From positions 9,486,001-9,550,000 of the forward strand of contig OU015569.1 in NCBI GenBank assembly GCA_907165135.1: a stretch of DNA of 64,000 bases. Direction: 5' to 3'. This document shows positions 38,101 through 49,650 of this stretch, piece after piece. Origin of the DNA: Oikopleura dioica (taxonomy: Eukaryota > Animalia > Chordata). Position numbers and translations under genes: made by a program. The stretch's first letter is position 1. Each line of letters starts with the position of its first letter. The notes under the pieces were generated by a model. It saw nothing but the letters and a program-made list of their open reading frames with translations, was not told where the DNA came from and ran no database searches.

Positions 38101-41100
38101 GTTTGCTGTATGCCTCACAATTCTGCTATTTACTTGCTAACGGAGCCAAGGAAGTGGTCACTAATTCGATCTGGGCAGAGAGCGATGATTTTATCACTCG
38201 GATCCAATTTGAAACTAAATTTTATTTACTCCTAAGAAATTAGTTTTCACCCGCATGGCCCAGTCTTTTGGATACTGCAACCGCAAATCATCGAAAATTG
38301 TTCTCTTGGGAGGCGACCATACCCAGGACTTCAGCTCGTTCGCCACACTCAGGTACGGAAATTGGCTTATCTGCGCAGCATTACCCAATTTCCGAGCACA
38401 CGTTTTAAAACAAACTTCAAAACATGCTCTCTCCTAATAGATCAATTTCAGTGCTATCCAGATGACCGAAGTCTACGAGTACGCGATTTCGCTATCTTCG
38501 AACAACACTTCAAAAAGCACGCTCCACAGTTTTCAGAGCTTGAAATATTTATATGCCACCTGGCTCGTCGACTACGGTCTTATCACACAAGCATTTGCAT
38601 ATTTGGAACAAATCGCCACTGTCGTCCTCCAGGAACCTCACCAATATCACAAAACACTGCTATCTCGCCTCACAAGTCTAGCACTCAGGCTACAGCTTCA
38701 CGATCAACAACGACTCAATTTCGCTGAAGAAGGTAAGAATCGCACTTTTGCGCAGTACCGTTTGCAACCTCGATGTACGAATTAAGGATTAGCGCGTTTT
38801 TTATTAAATCATTCGAACAAATGTAATCGCCTCTTTACTGTCGTTTTCGGGCTGATTCTCTAAGTTAACTTAAAAAAATGAGTGCGTCGTCATTTTTGCG
38901 GAAAATCGGAAGGGCGGTGGCACAATAGAAAATGCACTTGGAAAAAGTTTCGCTTTTACCAAAATATTTAGCCTCTGCTCCTCAATGGCTCGAGCGTTTG
39001 CTGAGTTTGGCGGCGGTCGATCCTGCCGGTGAAGGAAGGTTAAACGGAATTAACACTACTGCTGAGAATGAGGCGAATCTGGTGGCACCTTTAGCGAGCG
39101 ACTCGGCGCAGGTGATCAGCTCGCCACGCGAAGAAGCGAACGAATACGAGCCCAAGATTGATCAAAGCGGACGTGTTTCCTTCTCGCCAGATCCCACAGG
39201 TCAGAAATCCTCAGAAACATGTCGCCCCAAGCTGCCTCAGAATAGGAGAAATCTTGTTACCTCGCAGCATCCCCAGCGTGCACTGTTTTGCGGTCGTTTA
39301 GTGAGCCCCTGAACTCATCCAAGATTTTAAAGTATTCAAGCCAGCTTGTAACACAATCTAACTTTGGCGACGATTTTAGTTCTTGCAGAACTGGCTCGGC
39401 ATATTATTTCCCAAACAGGTTAAAAATCCTAAAATGGATATTTAGATTCCGCCCCTGCCTCCGCGCGTATACCCTCACGACTATCCTCTACACTTTCCGA
39501 GCAGTATATTCCGGCGCTACACGAGGTAATTTCTTTCTTCTTACTTTGGTGAAGATGCAGTTTTTCGTAAAGCATGCAATGTGAGAAAAAATCGGCTCCA
39601 GCGGTGATAAGGCCGGGCTGTTTTCATTCGCAAGATTAATCGTTGCTGAGTCTGAGCTCGCAGCGACCCTACCCACAAAACCACGTTTTCAAAGGGTGTT
39701 ATTTTCGCATAGAGCTTACGGTAGATAAACATGCCTACATCAACTTTATGTTTTTTTCGCATTTTGGTGTTTTTGAAACGACCGGGTTCTTTCCTTATTT
39801 TCGGCTTGGATACATGCGTAGTTAATTTATGAGGGATCAGACGGCGATATGAAAACAGCGAGCGAGCCGATGTGACGAAATTTAGATGTTAGTACACACG
39901 GATGAAATACACGCTTTAAGCTAATATCTTATTTTGCCCGTGCAAATCGTTCAAAATCGAGTTAACACATCTGTTTCAATATTTCGCGCTGCTGATTGAA
40001 TTTACTGTAACACCCTCGTACATCTCCAGCGTCTCGAAAAAAGTCTATTTTCACCAAAACATCGATCTACCCTCAGCTCTTGAGATTTATAAAATTTCTT
40101 AATTCGTTGGTACAGTAAAACGAAAAGCAGTCGCAATGCATCACTTAAAAAGAAATAGACTCCCTGGTCCACGTTTTCGCATACTAAACGTTGTTCAATG
40201 CGCAAACCAAAAAGACCAAAATTACCCGTTTTGGAGGAAATCCTAACCGCTTGGTTATTATTTTAGGTGTGTAGTTCTTGAGTTTACAAAGCGGTGATCT
40301 CTATGTGATGGCCGGCGAGGCATCCTATCGCAATTATGACGAGTTAATTTTCATTTCTGACGAAAGCTACGGCCATGAAACGCAAACTTTCATTTTATCG
40401 CGTTTTTCGTTTTTGGAAGGAATTGTATTTGGTATGACAGACGCAGTTTTTACACCGGAAATCTGCCCTGACGCATACGAAATATTTAGGGATAATTCGC
40501 TTGATCAAATTGGAGCGCTCGCTGTTCGAGTCATCTCCTCAGGCTCACGTTGCGATTCGATAACGGGCATATTTAGTACGATCAAAATGAGCCTGTTATA
40601 CAGTCTCCTATTCCGACTCAACCGACATCACCCCAACATTTCCAGACCTTCAATAATGAACTGCCGCCCAGATCGCGGCCAAGGAGAAATACTGAGCGTT
40701 CTGAGGCGTCCGTGTCCAGACGAGGCTCTAGCTCTTACCAGCCAGGTACGCCCTCCAAATTTGTTTCATTATTGAACATTTGATAAGATTTGACTTTCAT
40801 TTTTTTCAGTGACACAAATACCACCAGTTGCGCCGAGTACTCTCCCAGTGTCTTCAGCCCCTTTCGTTCCTTTCACTCCGGCTGTCCCTACTCCAATGAG
40901 TGAGCAGAATTCGTCGATGCCACCGCCAATGTCGATGCCCCCGCCAATGTCCATTCCCCCGTCGATGGCCCCGTCTTCCCAGCCCGCCTCCTCCAGTACT
41001 TCCCCCCTTCCACCTCACCAGCCGCCACAACAAAATTTTACTCCCTCGGCTGCCGCTGCTGATGTCAATTCAGCTGAATCAAACGCGGCTCCCCCAATGT

Positions 41101-44100
41101 TTATGCCATTCGATTCTTCGAGCGCAGGTCCTGCTGGCCCTCAGTTTCCCCAAATGCCAGCGGTCACTGCTCCCCCACAAGGAGCCCTTCCAGAAGAATC
41201 TGCTATTTCCCAGCCAGCACCTGTTGTTTCGAATGAGCATCCAACATCTAACCAGTTCCAACAAAACACTGGTTACGACAGTACTGAGCAACAACCCTAT
41301 TATCCTTCCCAAGCTTCACAGACTCAACAATTTCAGCAAGTTCCCTTCCAGCAGCAAGAACAACAGTTCCAGCCTGCGCCTCGCGCGCAAAACGACCAAC
41401 AGCAACCTGAAGCTTTAGTGACGAATACACAAGCCAACTTTCAACCACCAGCTTCTCAATTTAATCCGATTCCGCAGAACAATTTCACTGCAAGTCAACC
41501 TGTTCTCCCAGCGGCCCCTTCGCTACCGGCAGCGCCAGTCATGCCAGCAGCACCCCAAATGCCCGAAACGCCACATATGCCGCCGTTCCAGCCGCCGTCC
41601 GGTGGATACATGCCTTCGATGCCACAACAACCTGCGGCTTCTCAGCAACAACCAACACCGATGGAGCCACAAGGAGTTCCACCACAGCAAGAAAGAAATG
41701 AGCAACCTCCGAAAGTTCAGCCTCAAAAAGCAACCGCTCCAAAAGCAAATACAAGCACGTCGAAGCAATCTGGCAGCTTTCTCGGCAGTGTTTTCCGAAA
41801 AGTTCTGCCGAACTCGCTAACCGGCGAGGCTTACCTTCCGGACGATACTAATAAATCTGTGAGTTTATCTATTTATTCTCAGTAAATTAAACCTAATAAA
41901 AGCTCGTCTGGGACGAGGACAAAAAGAAATGGGTTGATCTATCTGGCGATGGGGAAGAAGAAAGCGCTCCTCCGCCACCGCCGCCAACCATGGGCAACAT
42001 GGGTGGCATGCCAGGTGCTATGGGTGGAGCAATCAATCCCATGGGTGGTGCAATGCCAAACGGTAAGTGTTATTTTTCTATTTGTTTAGAGATTCGTTTT
42101 TATCTGAAAAAATATTTTAGGAGGCGCACCTCCCGCTGCCACTTCTAACTTCCGCCGAGGTGAGCGTCTTTGGATTTGCACTATTTATCATATTTTATGA
42201 ATATCAATCCAAATACAATTTGGATGCGCCGCTTGAATCGAAATTTGACTTGAATAATTGCCCAGGCGCGCCACGTTCCAAATTCGAATTCAATCGGGAC
42301 ACTTCATTTTCTAACCCTGGCACTTTTTGTGTGTTTTCCCCGAAAACGTTCTAAACGCGCGTGTTAAAGCGAGGTGTCAAAGCAGTGTCACCTTGTCGCA
42401 TGAATTGAAGGTACTTCGGCTTTTTGCGCAACTGATCGAATCAAATGCAGCAATCCAAAAGCGGGGAACACCGATTGACCCCTTCCTCTATTTCAGCCAT
42501 TCAAACTCATGAGATACAATTGTTTCTTGCTAAAGGGTTTGAATGAGTCCTTCGAATGCATCAGACTAGATAAGAAGATGGTGATTACGTGTTGCTGATT
42601 AACTTAGTGCCCCAAAAACGTGAAAAGAAAAACGGCGCAAGCTGTGTGTTGTGTGACCATGGCTACGCCCCGGTTAACCACGTGGTATGCTCGTCGGTTT
42701 CTCAAAAAAATGCTCTAATAGAAAATGGGCTCGGCTACCCGTGAGAAATTCGCCACGTGAACTCTGTACCAACTGACAATTTCGGTTGACATAATACTTC
42801 AAAACACGTTCGGGGTCACCTTATCAAACTTCTAACGGCGAACAAAGAGGCCGTTTCAAGAAGGCATGATGATGCATAGTTTTTCTTTACAATAGAACTG
42901 CATTTTAACTTACAGCAAAAGCTTAAACTGGTTCCCTTTGTGGCACTAATTGGCGCACAACAGGAAATTTTTCACGGGAATGAATATGTTAAATGCACGA
43001 AGTTTTTTTTCGGACAAAAACAAGAAGATACTTGGCAAAATGCATGCAAAAATTGTTTAGTGTTCACAAAAAGTCGTTCTTTCTTGTCGTATTCATTTTT
43101 GAATTGACGTCTTGTTAAAGCAAAAGTGTATTCATTTAGTTAAGATAATTAGAAAGTAATCAGCTAGGGGGATTATTTTCCCTTTAGATAAGTTAGACGC
43201 ACTGCTGCCTTCAGAGAAAGCCAAGTTAAACGCGTGCCAGTTGAGCCGGAACCCTGTGGTTTGCCTAAATGTACCCAATCTCATCAAGCTATTTATTACC
43301 ATGGCGAGCTTCTTTAGTCAACAATACAGCATCTTCAAGCCTAAACGGACACCTCGCGGGCAGTAGCCGTGACAAGTGATACTAACTTTATCAAGTTATT
43401 ATATTTTTGAGAAAAACCGCAGCGAATAGTTTCTAGCATAATTAAGATAAACAGAAAGAGCTGGCAATTTTTTGCTGACTCATTTTAAATATGCTAGGAA
43501 TGTCCTCTATCCGGTTTTTCAATATACAAAGAGTATGTGAGTCTTTGTTATTGCTAATTTGTAAGATGTAAGTGCAATTGAATTGTTGATTGCATCTTTG
43601 TGAATGGTATATACTGGGCGAATGCGGAAGTGTTTTTCGAAAAGCGGATGGGTTAGAAGTCTCTAGGAAAGAGTCGAATGTTGGACTCGGCTCTAGCACT
43701 GATAAGAGGACTGTCTTCAGCCCTTTTTTGGAACAAATGCTGGAAGCTGAGCTGTCCGAATCACCTCGCTCACAAAGATTACACCCAATCTCATTCGGAA
43801 GAGGTCGATAAGCCGATGACCATCTACTGAATGAGCTTATCTCATTAAACCGCATGTTTTTGCCACTTTAGTTGGCTAGGTTTTTATACAATAAAGCCTT
43901 TCAAACTTTAGTATTCTATCAGATAACTATCATTAGAAACTCGTTCATGCTTTCAAACCTTTTCATATATTATCCAGCGTGTTGACTTCTCAATATTTCT
44001 TGAAGCTTCATCTGTTGGAACGAATGAGCCCACCAAGATTCATGAGGCAAACTTATATCGTCGCCACTCATATGCAGCGGTTGTATCTGGTAAAACTCAA

Positions 44101-47100
44101 TGGTTATGGGATTAGTATGCTTGCGATCGGAGTTACCGCCCATATTAGGAACACAAATGACAATCCTGTTTTTATATTTGCTTTAATTAGTTGTCTGTGT
44201 TCAAAAACTTCTGCGAGAATTGTACTCGATGGCTGGTTCCTTTCGTATAATTCGGCGCTACGGCTGGGTTTGAGCCTCTTGGTGGTGCCAGCTGTCAGAC
44301 AGTTGATGACATGAGCTGGAGTCAGTGCGGGCGCCTGGCTCATTTATTCAAACCGATTTGCCTGGCACCTTGTTTGCTACCTTTCTTTCACAAAATCACG
44401 CCTCCTGGTGTTCACTTCCACGTAACAAAAGGCGCATGAATCGTAATTTTACGAATTTGAACACTTTGCTTAATCAGGTTAATTGAGCTCCTTGTTCCGC
44501 CTTATCGCCAAAACTGGAATGTTGCTTTTCAACACCCGCAGGTTCCTCTTGAGCTCCAATTTTCTCACCGCAACTCAAACACAGTTTCGTACTCTCCCTT
44601 TGATTTTGTTCAGTCAAAAGCTGCCCGACCGAGAACTCAAAGTTCATTTTATTTTATATCAACTATGCGTACTTTTTCGACTTATTGGAAATTTCACCAA
44701 CGCAGCGGAAGCGTGAGACTCGATCGATCGTCAACGTTTTTTCGTTATTGTATAATTGAGTGAAGTCGGCTGCACGTTTAGGAAGTGAATTTCTGAAACT
44801 GAAAACACCCCATTATCGTCGCCTATTTGTTCGGCATAATTGAAAACGACAAATAACCAAATCGCAAACCATTCTCAGTCCCATGCTTATGCACTCAGTA
44901 GCGATAACAATCGAACTTCCACTTTTTTCGATTGTCTTCCTCTTCAAATTGAAAAGCAGAAGAAATCCTGAGTGGAGCCTCGCCCAAAATTTCTTTTTTT
45001 GTAGATAATTAAGAAAAAATCTCGAAAATTCGGCAGACGTACGAATTTCGCGGAGCACATTCTTCGCATGGGTTGACAGGGGAGAAAGCGGAAATGATCT
45101 GAATTTCCGAAAACATACTGAGTTCTTTTTAATTTACCTGCTCTGATTCTAGTTTTCATTCAACGATAGACTAGTTTACGTCGGTGTGACAGGGATTATT
45201 TCAGTTAGACAGTTTTCAATATTTATCAACTTCATCCTAAGAAGCCCAATAAACTGACTCTCTTTTAGGAAACAAGAAAGGCAGAAATATGTACAAAGAT
45301 GCGAAAGCTCTAGGAGAAACAGTCTCTGTGTCAAACAAGATGATGCCCGGATCTGCTCCGGCGCCTTCGTCAGCTCCTAACCCTGGCTTTTTCATGCCGC
45401 AGCCATCGACCAACGGTAAGCATCAATTTTTAGTCCAGTACTTAGGTTATATTTGGCCAAGATCGCAGGGTCACAGTTAGGTTTCTTGATAAGTTGTTAT
45501 CTATTTTGGTTTCTGGGCCTCAATGTTAATTTCCGAAATCAGATAGCTTTTTCTTAGGGCAAGGAGTGTACTGCTAGCCAAGGAGGTTTAGAAAGCGTGA
45601 GTTTCTTGAGTTTCAGGGGCATTTCAGTGTAACCATTTTTGGTCAGCTTATCCTCAATTGGGTGGCGACTCACATTTCTGAATAAATTTCTCCTTCTCTT
45701 GGAAATATGCAACACAGAATAGCCAACATAGTCAGAGTAATCCGCCTCCTGTCGCGACAGTCCGGGCTGCTCAATAAACGGATCACTCAAATCACCGCCC
45801 TTACTGGATACTTCAATTTTCCTAAACCTCGCCCGTAAAATTTTAGTCACCTAAGCGTCCTAATTCTTGGAACTTTCATAATTGCTCTATTCAGGAGGTC
45901 AGAATGGATTCTCCGCAGGTGAAGCCGCGCCAACGCAACAGGTACATAGTTTTTTAAATCGTTTTCTACATTCCAGATATGTATTCATGCAACTGGCGGT
46001 CTTCTAAACTCGGGGAGAAAACGCCAAGGCAGTAGTCTGTAGATATTCGCATATCGCTGAGTTTGAAGAGTTCTCCCTTCTTGCGATATTAACTCGGCAT
46101 GCTAGATTTGGAATTTTTATCAGCTGCTAACTAGCCGAAGGTAGAATGGCCCAGGAAAAGCGTCATTATCGTGTTGAACACGGCGAAGATGGCGCCAGTC
46201 ATTTTCCGGGAACGTTGAAGTGAGAGTTCCCCCAGAAAAGATTTTTTGCACCCTTGTGGTCTCAGCTGGCTCCACTCGCTCCAGAATTCGTTTCATCAAA
46301 AGAGCCTAAATCTTAGCCTTATTTTGCGAGCAATTTAAATGCTTAACCTGGGGACAAGCATTACAAAACGAAAGAGTTGTAAGAGTGGCATATTTGTTGT
46401 TGTACATTTGTCCTAAAATCGGCTTACCCGGCCTGATAACGGCCATCTAATGAAATGCGACTTTGCCATGAGAACTTAGTTACATGTAGCGCCAGCAGTG
46501 GGTGATGCTTTGTTGTGCGCTTATTATCGACAAACATCCCCTTAGAGTTTTTCTAATGCGTAAATCTAATCAAGTGTCTGACACAATTGCGGCCTACTAA
46601 TCGCTCGTCATGTTTTTATCATTCTGGAGAGGGTTATCAAATAACGCAACTCTGAGAAGTTAATTTAGCAAAGGTTCTTTTTTAAATGGTTGAACAGACG
46701 TGAGAAAGCTTTCTGGCGAAGTAGCCTTTTAGAAGAGTCATTATGACTGTCGAGAGCAATATTTTGGATATTTTGGTTTGAAAATTTTTGCGGTATGAGA
46801 GGCAATATTAACAAGTTGCTTGTGTTGACACGAACGAAAACGCGCAAAAAGCTGGCGATAAACTCGGCGTATTTTTATTTCTTCCACGATGTGAAAATTG
46901 CCACTTGCCTTTCCGTGTACTCATTTTTTCCAGGCGAATGAGGACTGAATAAGCCCGGATTTTATTTTCTAATCGAGCTTTCAGTCTATTTCCGAAGAGT
47001 ACACCAACAATTAACTTTTGCGTAAATGGTTATCATAGTTATTGACGAAAACCTGGCATTTCTCTTCTTGCCGCGAACTTTTATTATGACAATAGCTAAT

Positions 47101-48217
47101 TGAATTTGATTGACTTCGAATTGTTTTGCGTATTACATCGCTTCTACGAAAGAGTTCGTCGTTTTCACTGAGTCAATAGTTTTATCAGTTGTGCGGGAGC
47201 AGTTAGGGAGAACAATCGATAAACAACTCCCTCTTATCTGAAAGCTACCCAGCTGCTTCGAAATTTGTTCAAGTAGTTCTGATAAGAGGAGCAGCCCTCC
47301 AAAACGCAGGTGGTTACTGTTCTGCTAAACTTGATATTACAAAACCATTTCTTTATTTCCCTATCATCACGCAAAAGCATAATATAATTTCTTAAGAAAA
47401 TGAAATTCTCGGAAGCCCGTCTTCTGAAAAAAGATCTTACTAGTTGGACTCCTTACCTAGTGATAGTGATTTCATTTCTCTGAAACTAACTGTCGGTGAC
47501 TTTCGTGAAATTTGCCGATTAGTACGGTAATACGACAAACGATTCCCCCCTCCCGGAGTTTCTGCCTTATCACTTAGTCGGACTCGCATAAGCTTGTCAC
47601 ACAAAGTCAAATATTACCAACAATGTTCATTGCTTCGCAACAATGACGCTCACTACAGAAATAGCGATCAGCGTACCTCCTCAAAATTAAGTGAAGTCGC
47701 CGTCAAACTAGATTTTATCAGTTAGAGGAAACTGTAGATGCATAAATTTCTAAAGCCGCTACGATAGGTGGACGTGTAATGTACACATAGTCCAGGCGAG
47801 GGTTTTCTCATCCCGCGCCAAGTCTGGCTCGATGACAAGTAACAAGATTCTCCAGCTAAACTCGTCGTCATAATTATGGGTTCCCCACGTTCCAAGATTC
47901 TCCCGTTTTGAACATAAACGAAAAACTCCTCATTTTCCAATCGCCAGTTGCAAAAGATACACTCTCAAAGAGGACGTAAAATAAATTCTGGGTGTTTTGA
48001 AAATATACCGACTTTTTGAAGAAAAGAGGAAGGAAGTGCCTTTCGTCTCTACTATGACGGAGTTTGTTTACTTACACTCTTTCAGAACCAAGCCACGGAG
48101 CAAGCAGCTAGTCAAGGAGGGGCACCAGCTGGTCCTGGACCCATGTTCTTCAACCCGAGCCAATTCGGCCAAGGACAAGCCCCATTCATGCCGCCAGGTC
48201 CGCAATCATCCTCGTAA
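29161..48217 (+). CDS. SEC16: SEC16 ER exit-site scaffold, about 19 exons with several 1-3 kb introns
   Basis: Pro/Gln-rich N-terminal exons (29161-29320, 29643-30473, 30739-31234, 32143-32310). Central conserved domain PPKFTQPHCIVRFSPTGQLVKV (32994-33177), [97 protein letters not shown]. C-terminal EAYLPDDTNKS|LVWDEDKKKWV and final PMFFNPSQF...* (stop 48215-48217). Confidence 0.92.
43442..44343 (-). pseudogene. Decayed intronless ORF (~300 codons) inside a SEC16 intron, family unknown
   Basis: ORF 44104-44343 continues after one frameshift through about five stops into ORF 43442-43855. Includes CNLC...C. Confidence 0.35.
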
Positions 48218-48959
48218 CACCTTTTGTCTTTCGTATTCGTACTTCATTATTTAAACAGTGCGTTTTCTAGTTGAGCCCGGCTATTCAAGTTGTTCTCGCT
48301 AAAATGGGAAATAATTTGCATTCAAAAACTTCAATTTCGAATAAAAAGGGTCGCACTAAAATGCTTATAAAACATATCAAAGTAAATAATACAAAAAAAA
48401 ACTTTAGGCAATAATTTTGTTCATCCTTTGCTGCTTTTTAAGTTATATTTAAGTTCTCTATCTTCATAATACCTTCTTTCTAATTATGTTTATGTAAATA
48501 TGGCCGGGGTCCGAACATCTATTCCGCTAAAGAATAGCTTTGAGTAATTATACAATAAACTCTTTTTTATTTATTTTTCTTTCAGTCCGTGCAATAATAT
48601 CTTATGTTTCGTAATTTCCGATTTCTGTTTACAAAGTCTGTTTACTGTTTTGTCCAACTTCATCTTTAAAATTCTGCGTTTCAAATGGTGCACTTTTACT
48701 GCATTGAGCGACTTTAGAGAACCTTAGAGAATCCCTAGAAATCATTATTAAGTTTCTTACGTAATAAAGCTTGAAAGACTACATTTCGCATTGTGTCTGC
48801 AGCTCTGCAAAAAATTATCAAATGATCAATTAGTCGCTTACCGCAGAAGGTGAAATCGCATATTTCTTAACGAGTTCTATTTGGAGGTAATACATCCGAG
48901 GTGTTTTTCTATGAGCCTTCCTTTTTGAGCGGAAGAGTTTTAGACAATTTTATGGTCAT

Positions 48960-49150
48960 CCTTGAAGAACTTCCTGGCATGAGTCAATTGAGTGGCTCAC
49001 TGGCCACTGTTCAAATTTGAACAATTATTCAGGTTATTGCAATCTGCATTCTCCTCCCGCTCCTTGCTCTTTCCCGATTTTCCAAATCGACAAGGATATA
49101 AGAGGTCTTATGAATTTATCGAAAGGAAGTGGCGAAAAGCTACCTTAGAA
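48960..49150 (+). pseudogene. Possible non-LTR retrotransposon C-terminal remnant
   Basis: IEWLTGHCSNLNNYSGYCNLHSPPAPCSF resembles the LTGHC.LN.H...SP.C motif preceding the C-terminal zinc finger of non-LTR ORF2. Flanked by stops. Confidence 0.3.
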
Positions 49151-49650
49151 TCAGGAGAGAATTCGTTTTGAACTGAGATTCAAGAATTTAAAAAATCTCG
49201 CATTTTCAATGATCTCTTTTTAGAAAAAGCGAGTTGTACAATTGAAATCGGCCGTTGTCCCTTCAATAAGGTAAGAACCCTTTATCAAAAAGCATAATAA
49301 CGAAAGGCTATTTTATGTAATTCTGTAAAATAATATGATGTGATGCGATGTGCGGAGGAACTAACTAATCAAAAACAAAGGACTGCCACAGCGAGCTTTT
49401 TTCGTATTGAACGTTCCCAAAATTGAAAGTTGTTTTTAGTTTTTTTTTCCTAAAAAATGGAAATTTTCAGTGACAACTCGTTCGAATTCCTGTCACGCCC
49501 ATTACGGAATTTCGGAGCGCAGTAAATACATATAAGCTGGCAAATATGCGTGGCTAAATAAACGCTGCTAAGTAAATGTTCAATCTATTTAGCAATCAAT
49601 TCAAGTATTGTAATGGTTACTTGTTTTGTTCAGGGTTCGCGCCGCAGAAT

